Positions 46,301-61,300 of a DNA stretch of 64,000 bases are shown here, one piece after another. Made by a program: the position numbers and the translations under genes. Under the pieces are notes generated by a model that saw nothing but the letters and a program-made list of their open reading frames with translations, ran no database searches and was not told the DNA's origin. The stretch's first letter is position 1. Every line of letters begins with the position of its first letter. The DNA comes from Eledone cirrhosa (lineage: Eukaryota). Location: contig OZ024742.1 of NCBI GenBank assembly GCA_964016885.1, positions 369,210,001 through 369,274,000 of the forward strand, in the 5' to 3' direction.

Positions 46301-49300
46301 GTCCAGTTTAGGTTGTCTGATCTCCAGCTTCAGTTGTCTGATGTCCAGTTAAGGTTGCCTGATGTCCAGCTCAGTTGTCTGATCTCCAGCTTCAGTTGTC
46401 TGATGTCCGGCTACAGATGTCTGATGTCCAGTTTAAGTTGTCTGATGTCCAGCTTCAGTTGTCTGATCTCCAGCTTCAGTTGTCTGATGTCCAGTTAAGG
46501 TTGTCTGATGTCCAGCTCAGTTGTCTGATGTCCAGCTTCAGTTGTCTGATGTCCATTTTAAGTTGTCTGATGTCCAGCTTCAGTTGTCTGATCTCCAGCT
46601 TCAGTTGTCTGATGTCCAGCTTCAGTTGTGTGATGTCCAGTTTAGGTTGTCTGATCTCCAGCGTCAGTTGTCTGATGACCAGCTTCAGTTATCTGATGTC
46701 CAGCTTCAGTTGTGTGATGTCCAGTTTAAGTTGTCTGATCTCCAGCTTCAGTTGTCTGATGTCCAGCTTCAGTTGTGTGATGTCCAGTTTAGGTTGTCTG
46801 ATCTCCAGCTTCAGTTGTCTGATGTCCAGCTTCAGTTGTCTGATGTTCAGCTTCAGTTGTGTGATGTCCAGTTTAGGTTGTCTGATCTCCAGCTTCAGTT
46901 GTCTGATGTACGGCTAGATAGGTCTGATGTCCAGTTTAAGTTGTCTGATGTCCAGCTTCAGTTGCTGATCTCCAGCTTCAGTTGTCTGATGTCCAGTTAA
47001 GGTTGTCTGATGTCCAGCTCAGTTGTCTGATCTCCAGTTTAAGTTGTCTGATGTCCAGCTTCAGTTGTCTGATCTCCAGCTTCAGTTGTCTGATGTCGAG
47101 TTAAGGTTGTCTGATGTCCAGCTCAGTTGTCTGATGTCCAGCTTCAGTTGTCTGATGTCCATTTTAAGTTGTCTGATGTCCAGTTTCAGTTGTCTGATGT
47201 CCAGATTTAGTTGTCTGATGTCCAGCTTCAGTTGTCTGATGTCCAGCTTCGGTTGTCTGATGTCCAGTTTAGGTTGTCTGATGTCCAGCTTAGTTGTCTG
47301 ATCTCCAGCTTCAGTTGTCTGATCTCCAGCTTCAGTTATCTGATGTCCAGCTCAGTTGTCTCATCTACATCTTCAGTTGTCTGATGTCTAGTTTAGGTTG
47401 TCTGATGTCCAGCTTCAGTTGTCTGATTTCCAGCTCAGTTGTCTAATCTTCAGCTTCAGTTGTCTGCCGTCCAGCTTCAGTTGTCTGATGTCCAGCTTCA
47501 GTTGTCTGATGTCCAGCTTCAGTTGTGTGATGTCCAGTTTAGGTTGTCTGATCTCCAGCTTCAGTTGTCTGATGTCCATTTTAAGTTGTCTGATGTCCAG
47601 CTTCAGTTGTCTGATCTCCAGTTTCAGTTGTCTGCTGTCCAGCTTCAGTTGTCTGATCTCCAGCTTCAGTTGTCTGATGTCCAGTTAAGGTTGTCTGATG
47701 TCCAGCTCAGTTGTCTGATCTCCAGCTTCAGTTGTCTGATGTCCGGCTACAGATGTCTGATGTCCAGTTTAAGTTGTCTGATGTCCAGCTTCAGTTGTCT
47801 GATCTCCAGCTTCAGATGTCTGGTGTCCAGTTAAGGTTGTCTGATGTCCAGCTCAGTTGTCTGATGTCCAGCTTCAGTTGTCTGATGTCCAGTTTCAGTT
47901 GTCTGATCTCCAGCTTCAGATGTCTGGTGTCCAGTTAAGGTTGTCTGATGTCCAGCTCAGTTGTCTGATGTCCAGCTTCAGTTGTCTGATGTCCAGTTTC
48001 AGTTGTCTGCTGTCCAGCTTCAGTTGTCTGATCTCCAGCTTCAGTTGTCTGATGTCCAGTTAAGGTTGCCTGATGTCCAGCTCAGTTGTCTGATCTCCAG
48101 CTTCAGTTGTCTGATGTCCAGTTTAAGTTGTCTGATGTCCAGCTTCAGTTGTCTGATCTCCAGCTTCAGTTGTCTGATGTCCAGTTAAGGTTGTCTGATG
48201 TCCAGCTCAGTTGTCTGATGTCCAGCTTCAGTTGTCTGATATCCATTTTAAGTTGTCTGATGTCCAGCTTCAGTTGTCTGATCTCCAGTTTCAGTTGTCT
48301 GCTGTCCAGCTTCAGTTGTCTGATCTCCAGCTTCAGTTGTCTGATGTCCAGTTAAGGTTGCCTGATGTCCAGCTTCAGTTGTCTGATGTCCATTTTAAGT
48401 TGTGTGATGTACAGCTTCAGTTGTCTGATGTCCAGTTTAAGTTGTCTGATGTCCAGCTTCAGTTGTCTGATCTCCAGCTTCAGTTGTCTGATGTCCATTT
48501 TAAGTTGTCAGATGTCCGGCTTCAGCTGTCTGATCTCCAGTTTCAGTTGTCTGCTGTCCAGCTTCAGTTGTCTGATGTCCAGATTTAGTTGTCTGATGTC
48601 CAGCTCCAGTTATCTTATGTCCAGCTTCAGTTGTCTGATGTCCAGCTTCGGTTGTCTGATGTCCAGTTTAGGTTGTCTGATGTCCAGCTTAGTTGTCTGA
48701 TCTCCAGATTCAATTGTCTGATCTCCAGATTAGTTGTCTGATCTCCAGCTTCAGTTATCTGATGTCCAGCTCAGTTGTCTCATCTACATCTTCAGTTGTC
48801 TGATGTCTAGTTTAGGTTGTCAAATGTCCAGCTTCAGTTGTCTGATTTCCAGCTCAGTTGCTAATCTTCAGCTTCAGTTGTCTGCCGTCCAGCTTCAGTT
48901 GTCTGATGTCCAGCTTCAGTTGTCTGATGTCCAGCTTCAGTTGTGTGATGTCCAGTTTAGGTTGTCTGATCTCCAGCTTCAGTTGTCTGATGTCCAGTTA
49001 AGGTTGCCTGATGTCCAGCTCAGTTGTCTGATCTCCAGCTTCAGTTGTCTGATGTCCGGCTACAGATGTCTGATGTCCAGTTTAAGTTGTCTGATGTCCA
49101 GCTTCAGTTGTCTGATCTCCAGCTTCAGTTGTCTGATGTCCAGTTAAGGTTGTCTGATGTCCAGCTCAGTTGTCTGATGTCCAGCTTCAGTTGTCTGATG
49201 TCCATTTTAAGTTGTCTGATGTCCAGCTTCAGTTGTCTGATCTCCAGTTTCAGTTGTCTGCTGTCCAGCTTCAGTTGTCTGATCTCCAGCTTCAGTTGTC

Positions 49301-52300
49301 TGATGTCCGGCTACAGATGTCTGATGTCCAGTTTAAGTTGTCTGATGTCCAGCTTCAGTTGTCTGATCTCCAGCTTCAGTTGTCTGATGTCCAGTTAAGG
49401 TTGTCTGATGTCCAGCTCAGTTGTCTGATGTCCAGCTTCAGTTGTCTCATGTCCATTTTAAGTTGTCTGATGTCCAGCTTCAGTTGTCTGATCTCCAGTT
49501 TCAGTTGTCTGCTGTCCAGCTTCAGTTGTCTGATCTCCAGCTTCAGTTGTCTGATGTCCAGTTAAGGTTGCCTGATGTCCAGCTTCAGTTGTCTGATGTC
49601 CATTTTAAGTTGTCTGATGTCCAGCTTCAGTTGTCTGATGTCCAGTTTAAGTTGTCTGATGTCCAGCTTTAGTTGTCTGATCTCCAGCTTCAGTTGTCTG
49701 ATGTCCAGTTAAGGTTGTCTGATGTCCAGCTCAGTTGTCTGATGTCCAGCTTCAGTTGTCTGATGTCCATTTTAAGTTATCAGATGTCCAACTTCAGCTG
49801 TCTGATCTCCAGTTTCAGTTGTCTGCTGTCCAGCTTCAGTTGTCTGATGTCCAGATTTAGTTGTCTGATGTCCAGCTCCAGTTATCTGATGTCCAGCTTC
49901 AGTTGTCTGATGTCCAGCTTCGGTTGTCTGATGTCCAGTTTAGGTTGTCTGATGTCCAGCTTAGTTGTCTGATCTCCAGCTTCAATTGTCTGATCTCCAG
50001 ATTAGTTGTCTGATCTCCAGCTTCAGTTATCTGATGTCCAGCTCAGTTGTCTCATCTACATCTTCAGTTGTCTGATGTCTAGTTTAGGTTGTCTGATGTC
50101 CAGCTTCAGTTGTCTGATGTCCAGCTCAGTTGTCTGATCTTCAGCTTCAGTTGTCTGCCGTCCAGCTCAGTTGTCTGATGTCCAGTGCAGGTTGTCTGAT
50201 GTCCCGTTTAGGTTGTCTGATGTCCAGCTTCAGTTGTCTGATCTCCAGCTTCAGTTGTCTGATGTCCAGCTTCAGTTGTCTGATGTCCAGCTCAGTTGTC
50301 TGATCTTCAGCTTCAGTTATCTGCCGTCCAGCTTCAGTTGTCTGATGTCCAGTGCAAGTTGTCTGATGTCCCGTTTAGGTTGTCTGATGTCCAGCTTCAG
50401 TTGTCTGATGTCCAGCTTCAGTTGTCTCATCTACAGCTTCAGTTGTGTGATGTCCAGTTTAGGTTGTCTAATCTCCAGCTTCAGTTGTCTGATGTCCAGC
50501 TTCAGTTGTCTGATGTCCAGCTTCAGTTGTGTGATGTCCAGTTTAGGTTGTCTGATCTCCAGCGTCAGTTGTCTGATGTCCAGCTTCAGTTGTCTGATGT
50601 CCAGCTTCAGTTGTGTGATGTCCAGTTTAGGTTGTCTGATCTCCAGCTTCAGTTGTCTGATGTCCAGCTTCAGTTGTGTGATGTCCAGTTTAGGTTGTCT
50701 GATCTCCAGCTTCAGTTGTCTGAGGTCCAGCTTCAGTTGTCTGATGTTCAGCTTCAGTTGTGTGATGTCCAGTTTAGGTTGTCTGATCTCCAGCTTCAGT
50801 TGTCTGATGTACGGCTAGATAGGTCTGATGTCCAGTTTAAGTTGTCTGATGTCCAGCTTCAGTTGCTGATCTCCAGCTTCAGTTGTCTGATGTCGAGTTA
50901 AGGTTGTCTGATGTCCAGCTCAGTTGTCTGATCTCCAGTTTAAGTTGTCTGATGTCCAGCTTCAGTTGTCTGATCTCCAGCTTCAGTTGTCTGATGTCCA
51001 GTTAAGGTTGTCTGATGTCCAGCTCAGTTGTCTGATCTCCAGTTTAAGTTGTCTGATGTCCAGCTTCAGTTGTCTGATCTCCAACTTCAGTTGTCTGATG
51101 TCGAGTTAAGGTTGTCTGATGTCCAGCTCAGTTGTCTGATGTCCAGCTTCAGTTGTCTGATGTCCATTTTAAGTTGTCTGATGTCCAGCTTCAGTTGTCT
51201 GATGTCCAGATTTAGTTGTCTGATATCCAGCTTCAGTTGTCTGATGTCCAGCTTCGATTGTCTGATGTCCAGTTTAGGTTGTCTGATGTCCAGCTTCGTT
51301 GTCTGATCTCCAGCTTCAGTTGTCTGATCTCCAGCTTCAGTTATCTGATGTCCAGCTCAGTTGTCTCATCTACATCTTCAGTTGTCTGATGTCTAGTTTA
51401 GGTTGTCTGATGTCCAGCTTCAGTTGTCTGATTTCCAGCTCAGTTGTCTAATCTTCAGCTTCAGTTGTCTGCCGTCCAGCTTCAGTTGTCTGATGTCCAG
51501 CTTCAGCTGTCTGATGTCCAGCTTCAGTTGTGTGATGTCCAGTTTAGGTTGTCTGATCTCCAGCTTTAGTTGTCTGATGTCCAGTTAAGGTTGCCTGATG
51601 TCCAGCTCAGTTGTCTGATCTCCAGCTTCAGTTGTCTGATGTCCGGCTACAGATGTCTGATGTCCAGTTTAAGTTGTCTGATGTCCAGCTTCAGTTGTCT
51701 GATCTCCAGCTTCAGTTGTCTGATGTCCAGTTAAGGTTGTCTGATGTCCAGCTCAGTTGGCTGATGTCCAGCTTCAGTTGTCTGATGTCCATTTTAAGTT
51801 GTCTGATGTCCAGCTTCAGTTGTCTGATCTCCAGTTTCAGTTGTCTGCTGTCCAGCTTCAGTTGTCTGATCTCCAGCTTCAGTTGTCTGATGTCCAGTTA
51901 AGGTTGTCTGATGTCCAGCTCAGTTGTCTGATCTCCAGCTTCAGTTGTCTGATGTCTGGCTACAGATGTCTGATGTCCAGTTTAAATTGTCTGATGTCCA
52001 GCTTCAGTTGTCTGATCTCCAGCTTCAGATGTTTGATGTCCAGTTAAGGTTGTCTGATGTCCAGCTCAGTTGTATGATGTCCAGCTTCAGTTGTCTGATG
52101 TCCATTTCAAGTTGTCTGATGTCCAGCTTCAGTTGTCTGATGTCCAGTGTAAGTTGTCTGATGTCCAGCTTCAGTTGTCTGATCTCCAACTTCAGTTGTC
52201 TGATGTCCAGTTAAGGTTGTCTGATGTCCAGCTCAGTTGTCTGATGTCCAGCTTCAGTTGTCTGATGTCCATTTCAAGTTGTCTGATGTCCAGCTTCAGT

Positions 52301-55300
52301 TGTCTGATCTCCAGTTTCAGTTGACTGCTGTCCAGCTTCAGTTGTCTGATCTCCAGCTTCAGTTGTCTGATGTCCAGTTAAGGTTGCTTGATGTCCAGCT
52401 TCAGTTGTCTGATGTCCATTTTAAGTTGTCTGATGTCCAGCTTCAGTTGTCTGATGTCCAGTTTAAGTTGTCTGATGTCCAGCTTCAGTTGTCTGATCTC
52501 CAGCTTCAGTTGTCTGATGTCCATTTTAAGTTGTCAGATGTCCAGCTTCAGCTGTCTGATCTCCAGTTTCAGTTGTCTGCTGTCCAGCTTCAGTTGTCTG
52601 ATGTCCAGATTTAGTTGTCTGATGTCCAGCTCCAGTTATCTGATGTCCAGCTTCAGTTGTCTGATGTCCAGCTTCGGTTGTCTGATGTCCAGTTTAGGTT
52701 GTCTGATGACCAGCTTAGTTGTCTGATCTCCAGATTCAATTGTCTGATCTCCAGATTAGTTGTCTGATCTCCAGCTTCAGTTATCTGATGTCCAGCTCAG
52801 TTGTCTCATCTACATCTTCAGTTTCTGATGTCTAGTTTATGTTGTCAAATGTCCATCTTCAGTTGTCTGATTTCCAGCTCAGTTGCTAATCTTCAGCTTC
52901 AGTTGTCTGCCGTCCAGCTTCAGTTGTCTGATGTCCAGTTAAGGTTGTCTGATGTCCAGCTCAGTTGTCTGATATCTAGCTTCAGTTGTCTGATGTCCAT
53001 TTTAAGTTGTCTGATGTCCAGCTTCAGTTGTCTGATCTCCAGTTTCAGTTGTCTGCTGTCCAGCTTCAGTTGTCTGATCTCCAGCTTCAGTTGTCTGATG
53101 TCCAGTTAAGGTTGTCTGATGTCCAGCTCAGTTGTCTGATCTCCAGCTTCAGTTGTCTGATGTCCGGCTACAGATGTCTGATGTCCAGTTTAAGTTGTCT
53201 GGTGTCCAGCTTCAGTTGTCTGATCTCCAGCTTCAGTTGTCTGATGTCCAGTTAAGGTTGTCTGATGTCCAGCTCAGTTGTCTGATATCCAGCTTCAGTT
53301 GTCTCATGTCCATTTTAAGTTGTCTGATGTCCAGCTTCAGTTGTCTGATCTCCAGTTTCAGTTGTCTGCTGTCCAGCTTCAGTTGTCTGATCTCCAGCTT
53401 CAGTTGTCTGATGTCCAGTTAAGGTTGCCTGATGTCCAGCTCAGTTGTCTGCTGTCCAGCTTCAGTTGTCTGATCTCCAGCTTCAGTTGTCTGATGTCCA
53501 GTTAAGGTTGCCTGATGTCCAGCTTCAGTTGTCTGATGTCCATTTTAAGTTGTCTGATGTCCAGCTTCAGTTGTCTGATGTCCAGTTTAAGTTGTCTGAT
53601 GTCCAGCTTCAGTTGTCTGATCTCCAGCTTCAGTTGTCTGATGTCCAGTTGAGGTTGTCTGATGTCCAGCTCAGTTGTCTGATGTCCAGATTTAGTTGTC
53701 TGATGTCCAGCTCCAGTTATCTGATGTCCAGCTTCAGTTGTCTGATGTCCAGCTTCGGTTGTCTGATGTCCAGTTTAGGTTGTCTGATGTCCAGCTTAGT
53801 TGTCTGATCTCCAGCTTCAATTGTCTGATCTCCAGATTAGTTGTCTGATCTCCAGCTTCAGTTATCTGATGTCCAGCTCAGTTGTCTCATCTACATCTTC
53901 AGTTGTCTGATGTCTAGTTTAGGTTGTCTGATGTCCAGCTTCAGTTGTCTGATGTCCAGCTCAGTTGTCTGATCTTCAGCTTCAGTTGTCTGCCGTCCAG
54001 CTTCAGTTGTCTGATGTCCAGTGCAGGTTGTCTGATGTCCCGTTTAGGTTGTCTGATGTCCAGCTTCAGTTGTCTGATCTCCAGCTTCAGTTGTCTGATG
54101 TCCAGCTTCAGTTGTCTGATGTCCAGCTCAGTTGTCTGATCTTCAGCTTCATTTGTCTGCCGTCTAGCTTCAGGTGTCTGATGTCCAGTGCAAGTTGTCT
54201 GATGTCCCTTTAGGTTGTCTGATGTCCAGCTTCAGTTGTCAGATGTCCAGCTTCAGTTGTCTCATCTACAGCTTCAGTTGTGTGATGTCTAGTTTAGGTT
54301 GTCTGATGTCCAGCTTCAGTTGTCTGATGTCCAGCTTCAGTTGTCTGATGTCCAGCTTCAGTTGTGTGATGTCCAGTTTAGGTTGTCTGATCTCCAGCGT
54401 CAGTTGTCTGATGTCCAGCTTCAGTTGTCTGATGTCCAGCTTCAGTTGTGTGATGTCCAGTTTAGGTTGTCTGATCTCCAGCTTCAGTTGTCTGATGTCC
54501 AGCTTCAGTTGTGTGATGTCCAGTTTAGGTTGTCTGATCTCCAGCTTCAGTTGTCTGATGTCCAGCTTCAGTTGTCTGATGTTCAGCTTCAGTTGTGTGA
54601 TGTCCAGTTTAGGTTGTCTGATCTCCAGCTTCAGTTGTCTGATGTACGGCTAGATAGGTCTGATGTCCAGTTTAAGTTGTCTGATGTGCAGCTTCAGTTG
54701 CTGATCTCCAGCTTCAGTTGTCTGATGTCCAGTTAAGGTTGTCTGATGTCCATCTCAGTTGTCTGATCTCCAGTGTAAGTTGTCTGATGTCCAGCTTCAG
54801 TTGTCTGATCTCCAGCTTCAGTTGTCTGATGTCGAGTTAAGGTTGTCTGATGTCCAGCTCAGTTGTCTGATGTCCAGCTTCAGTTGTCTGATGTCCATTT
54901 TAAGTTGTCTGATGTCCAGCTTCAGTTGTCTGATGTCCAGATTTAGTTGTCTGATTTCCAGCTTCAGTTGTCTGATGTCCAGCTTCGGTTGTCTGATGTC
55001 CAGTTTAGGTTGTCTGATGTCCAGCTTAGTTGTCTGATCTCCAGCTTCAGTTGTCTGATCTCCAGCTTCAGTTATCTGATGTCCAGCTCAGTTGTCTCAT
55101 CTACATCTTCAGTTGTCTGATGTCTAGTTTAGGTTGTCTGATGTCCAGCTTCAGTTGTCTGATTTCCAGCTCAGTTGTCTAATCTTCAGCTTCAGTTGTC
55201 TGCCGTCCAGCTTCAGTTGTCTGATGTCCAGCTTCAGTTGTCTGATGTCCAGCTTCAGTTGTGTGATGTCCAGTTTAGGTTGTCTGATCTCCAGCTTCAG

Positions 55301-58300
55301 TTGTCTGATGTCCAGTTAAGGTTGCCTGATGTCCAGCTCAGTTGTCTGATCTCCAGCTTCAGTTGTCTGATGTCCGGCTACAGATGTCTGATGTCCAGTT
55401 TAAGTTGTCTGATGTCCAGCTTCAGTTGTCTGATCTCCAGCTTCAGTTGTCTGATGTCCAGTTAAGGTTGTCTGATGTCCAGCTCAGTTGGCTGATGTCC
55501 AGCTTCAGTTGTCTGATGTCCATTTTAAGTTGTCTGATGTCCAGCTTCAGTTGTCTGATCTCCAGTTTCAGTTGTCTGCTGTCCAGCTTCAGTTGTCTGA
55601 TCTCCAGCTTCAGTTGTCTGATGTCCAGTTAAGGTTGTCTGATGTCCAGCTCAGTTGTCTGATCTCCAGCTTCAGTTGTCTGATGTCCGGCTACAGATGT
55701 CTGATGTCCAGTTTAAGTTGTCTGATGTCAAGCTTCAGTTGTCTGATCTCCAGCTTCAGATGTCTGATGTCCAGTTAAGGTTGTCTGATGTCCAGCTCAG
55801 TTGTATGATGTCCAGCTTCAGTTGTCTGATGTCCATTTTAAGTTGTCTGATGTCCAGCTTCAGTTGTCTGATGTCCAGTTTAAGTTGTCTGATGTCCAGC
55901 TTCAGTTGTCTGATCTCCAGCTTCAGTTGTCTGATGTCCAGTTAAGGTTGTCTGATGTCCAGCTCAGTTGTCTGATGTCCAGCTTCAGTTGTCTGATGTC
56001 CATCTTAAGTTGTCTGATGTCCAGCTTCAGTTGTCTGATCTCCAGTTTCAGTTGTCTGCTGTCCAGCTTCAGTTGTCTGATCTCCAGCTTCAGTTGTCTG
56101 ATGTCCAGTTAAGGTTGCCTGATGTCCAGCTTCAGTTGTCTGATGTCCAGTTTAAGTTGTCTGATGTCCAGCTTCAGTTGTCTGATCTCCAGCTTCAGTT
56201 GTCTGATGTCCATTTTAAGTTGTCAGATATCCAGCTTCAGCTGTCTGATCTCCAGTTTCAGTTGTCTGCTGTCCAGCTTCAGTTGTCTGATGTCCAGATT
56301 TAGTTGTCTGATGTCCAGCTCCAGTTATCTGATGTCCAGCTTCAGTTGTCTGATGTCCAGCTTCGGTTGTCTGATTCCAGTTTAGGTTGTCTGATGTCCA
56401 GCTTAGTTGTCTGATCTCCAGATTCAATTGTCTGATCTCCAGATTAGTTGTCTGATCTCCAGCTTCAGTTATCTGATGTCCAGCTCAGTTGTCTCATCTA
56501 CATCTTCAGTTGTCTGATGTCTAGTTTAGGTTGTCAAATGTCCATCTTCAGTTGTCTGATTTCCAGCTCAGTAGCTAATCATCAGCTTCAGTTGTCTGCC
56601 GTCCAGCTTCAGTTGTCAGATGTCCAGCTTCAGTTGTCTGATGTCCAGCTTCAGTTGTGTGATGTCCAGTTTAGGTTGTCTGATCTCCAGCTTCAGTTGT
56701 CTGATGTCCAGTTAAGGTTGCCTGATGTCCAACTCAGTTGTCTGATCTCCAGCTTCAGTTGTCTGATGTCCGGCTACAGATGTCTGATGTCCAGTTTAAG
56801 TTGTCTGATGTCCAGCTTCAGTTGTCTGATCTCCAGCTTCAGTTGTCTGATGTCCAGTTAAGGTTGTCTGATGTCCAGCTCAGTTGTCTGATGTCTAGCT
56901 TCAGTTGTCTGATGTCCATTTTAAGTTGTCTGATGTCCAGCTTCAGTTGTCTGATCTCCAGTTTCAGTTGTCTGCTGTCCAGCTTCAGTTGTCTGATCTC
57001 CAGCTTCAGTTGTCTGATGTCCAGTTTAGGTTGTCTGATGTCCACCTCAGTTGTTTGATGTCCAGTTTAGGTTGTCTGGTATCCAGTTAAGGTTGTCTGA
57101 TGTCCAGCTCAGTTGTCTGATCTCCAGTTTTTGTTGTCTGATCTCCAGATTCAGTTGTCTGCTGTCTATCTTCAGTTGTCTGATGTCCAGTTAGGTTGTC
57201 TGATGTCCATCTTCAGTTGTCTGCTGTCCATCTTCAGTTGTCTGATGTCCAGTTTAGGTTGTCTGATGTCCAGCTTCAGTTGTCTGATGTCCAGTTTAGG
57301 TTGTCTGATATACAGTTTAGGTTGGCTGATGACCAGCTTCAGTTGTCTGATGTCCAGCTCAGTTGTCTGATCTCCAGTTTCAGTTTTCTGATGTCCAGTT
57401 TAGGTTGTTTGGTGTCCAGTTTAGGATGTCTGAGATCCAGCTCAGTTGTCTGATCTCCAGCGTCAGTTGTCTGATGTTCAGCTTCAGTTGTGTGATGTCC
57501 AGTTTAGGTTGTCTGATCTCCAGCTTCAGTTGTCTGATGTACGGCTAGATAGGTCTGATGTCCAGTTTAAGTTGTCTGATGTGCAGCTTCAGTTGCTGAT
57601 CTCCAGCTTCAGTTGTCTGATGTCCAGTTAAGGTTGTCTGATGTCCATCTCAGTTGTCTGATCTCCAGTGTAAGTTGTCTGATGTCCAGCTTCAGTTGTC
57701 TGATCTCCAGCTTCAGTTGTCTGATGTCGAGTTAAGGTTGTCTGATGTCCAGCTCAGTTGTCTGATGTCCAGCTTCAGTTGTCTGATGTCCATTTTAAGT
57801 TGTCTGATGTCCAGCTTCAGTTGTCTGATGTCCAGATTTAGTTGTTTGATTTCCAGCTTCAGTTGTCTGATGTCCAGCTTCGGTTGTCTGATGTCCAGTT
57901 TAGGTTGTCTGATGTCCAGCTTAGTTGTCTGATCTCCAGCTTCAGTTGTCTGATCTCCAGCTTCAGTTATCTGATGTCCAGCTCAGTTGTCTCATCTACA
58001 TCTTCAGTTGTCTGATGTCTAGTTTAGGTTGTCTGATGTCCAGCTTCAGTTGTCTGATTTCCAGCTCAGTTGTCTAATCTTCAGCTTCAGTTGTCTGCCG
58101 TCCAGCTTCAGTTGTCTGATGTCCAGCTTCAGTTGTCTGATGTCCAGCTTCAGTTGTGTGATGTCCAGTTTAGGTTGTCTGATCTCCAGCTTCAGTTGTC
58201 TGAGGTCCAGTTAAGGTTGCCTGATGTCCAGCTCAGTTGTCTGATCTCCAGCTTCAGTTGTCTGATGTCCGGCTACAGATGTCTGATGTCCAGTTTAAGT

Positions 58301-61300
58301 TGTCTGATGTCCAGCTTCAGTTGTCTGATCTCCAGCTTCAGTTGTCTGATGTCCAGTTAAGGTTGTCTGATGTCCAGCTCAGTTGGCTGATGTCCAGCTT
58401 CAGTTGTCTGATGTCCATTTTAAGTTGTCTGATGTCCAGCTTCAGTTGTCTGATCTCCAGTTTCAGTTGTCTGCTGTCCAGCTTCAGTTGTCTGATCTCC
58501 AGCTTCAGTTGTCTGATGTCCAGTTAAGGTTGTCTGATGTCCAGCTCAGTTGTCTGATCTCCAGCTTCAGTTGTCTGATGTCCGGCTACAGATGTCTGAT
58601 GTCCAGTTTAAGTTGTCTGATGTCAAGCTTCAGTTGTCTGATCTCCAGCTTCAGATGTCTGATGTCCAGTTAAGGTTGTCTGATGTCCAGCTCAGTTGTA
58701 TGATGTCCAGCTTCAGTTGTCTGATGTCCATTTTAAGTTGTCTGATGTCCAGCTTCAGTTGTCTGATGTCCAGTTTAAGTTGTCTGATGTCCAGCTTCAG
58801 TTGTCTGATCTCCAGCTTCAGTTGTCTGATGTCCAGTTAAGGTTGTCTGATGTCCAGCTCAGTTGTCTGATGTCCAGCTTCAGTTGTCTGATGTCCATCT
58901 TAAGTTGTCTGATGTCCAGCTTCAGTTGTCTGATCTCCAGTTTCAGTTGTCTGCTGTCCAGCTTCAGTTGTCTGATCTCCAGCTTCAGTTGTCTGATGTC
59001 CAGTTAAGGTTGCCTGATGTCCAGCTTCAGTTGTCTGATGTCCAGTTTAAGTTGTCTGATGTCCAGCTTCAGTTGTCTGATCTCCAGCTTCAGTTGTCTG
59101 ATGTCCATTTTAAGTTGTCAGATATCCAGCTTCAGCTGTCTGATCTCCAGTTTCAGTTGTCTGCTGTCCAGCTTCAGTTGTCTGATGTCCAGATTTAGTT
59201 GTCTGATGTCCAGCTCCAGTTATCTGATGTCCAGCTTCAGTTGTCTGATGTCCAGCTTCGGTTGTCTGATGTCCAGTTTAGGTTGTCTGATGTCCAGCTT
59301 AGTTGTCTGATCTCCAGATTCTATTGTCTGATCTCCAGATTAGTTGTCTGATCTCCAGCTTCAGTTATCTGATGTCCAGCTCAGTTGTCTCATCTACATC
59401 TTCAGTTGTCTGATGTCTAGTTTAGGTTGTCAAATGTCCATCTTCAGTTGTCTGATTTCCAGCTCAGTAGCTAATCATCAGCTTCAGTTGTCTGCCGTCC
59501 AGCTTCAGTTGTCAGATGTCCAGCTTCAGTTGTCTGATGTCCAGCTTCAGTTGTGTGATGTCCAGTTTAGGTTGTCTGATCTCCAGCTTCAGTTGTCTGA
59601 TGTCCAGTTAAGGTTGCCTGATGTCCAACTCAGTTGTCTGATCTCCAGCTTCAGTTGTCTGATGTCCGGCTACAGATGTCTGATGTCCAGTTTAAGTTGT
59701 CTGATGTCCAGCTTCAGTTGTCTGATCTCCAGCTTCAGTTGTCTGATGTCCAGTTAAGGTTGTCTGATGTCCAGCTCAGTTGTCTGATGTCTAGCTTCAG
59801 TTGTCTGATGTCCATTTTAAGTTGTCTGATGTCCAGCTTCAGTTGTCTGATCTCCAGTTTCAGTTGTCTGCTGTCCAGCTTCAGTTGTCTGATCTCCAGC
59901 TTCAGTTGTCTGTTGTCCAGTTTAGGTTGTCTGATGTCCACCTCAGTTGTTTGATGTCCAGTTTAGGTTGTCTGGTATCCAGTTAAGGTTGTCTGATGTC
60001 CAGCTCAGTTGTCTGATCTCCAGCTTTTGTTGTCTGATCTCCAGATTCAGTTGTCTGCTGTCTATCTTCAGTTGTCTGATGTCCAGTTAGGTTGTCTGAT
60101 GTCCATCTTCAGTTGTCTGCTGTCCATCTTCAGTTGTCTGATGTCCAGTTTAGGTTGTCTGATGTCCAGCTTCAGTTGTCTGATGTCCAGTTTAGGTTGT
60201 CTGATATACAGTTTAGGTTGGCTGATGACCAGCTTCAGTTGTCTGATGTCCAGCTCAGTTGTCTGATCTCCAGTTTCAGTTTTCTGATGTCCAGTTTAGG
60301 TTGTTTGGTGTCCAGTTTAGGATGTCTGAGATCCAGCTCAGTTGTCTGATCTCCAGCTTCAGTCGTCTGATGTCCAGTTTAGGTTGTCTGATGTCCAGCT
60401 CAGTTGTCTAATCTCCAGCTTCAGTCGTCTGATGTCCAGCTTCAGTTGTCTGATGTCCTGTTAAGGTTGTCTGATTCCAACTTCAGTTGTCTGATCTCCA
60501 TTTTCAGTTGTCTGATGTCCAGTTTAGGTTGTCTGATGTTCACCTTCAGTGGTCTGATGTCCAGTTTAGGTTGTCTGATCTCCATCTTAAGTTGTCTGAT
60601 GGGCAGCTTCAGTTGTCTGATTTCCAATTTAGGTTGTCTGATGTCCAGCTTCAGTTGTCTGATGTCCAGCTCAGTAATCTGATCTCCAATTTCATTTGTC
60701 TGGTGTCCAGTTTAGGTTGTCTGATGTCCAGCTCAGTTGTCTGATCTCCAGCTTCAGTTGTCTGATGTCCAGTTTAGGTTGTCTGATGTACAGCTCAGTT
60801 GTCTAATCTCCAGTTTCAGTTTTCTGATGTCCAGCTTCAGTTGTCTGATGTCCAGTTTAGGTTGTCTGATCTCCATCTTGTCTGACGTCCAGTTTAGGTT
60901 GTCTGATGTCCAGCTTCCGTTGTCTGATGTCCAGCTTCAGTTGTGTGATGTCCAGTTTAGGTTGTCTGCTGTCCAGCTTCAAATGTCTGATCTCCAGCTT
61001 CAGTTGTCTGATCTCCAACTTCAGTTGTCTGATATCCCGTTTAGGTTGTCTGATGTCCAGCTTCAGTTGTCTGATGTCCAGCTCAGTTGTCTGATCTCCA
61101 GCTTCAGTTGTCTGACGTAAAGTTTAGGTTGTCTAATCTCCAGCTTCAGTTGTCTGATGTCCAGCTTCAGTTGTCTGATGTCCAGCTTCAGTTGTCTGAT
61201 CTCCAGCTTCAGTTGTCTGATTTCCAGCTTCAGATGTCTGATGTCCAGTTTAGGTTGTCTGATCTCCCGTTTAGGTTGTCTGATGTCCAGCCTCATTTGT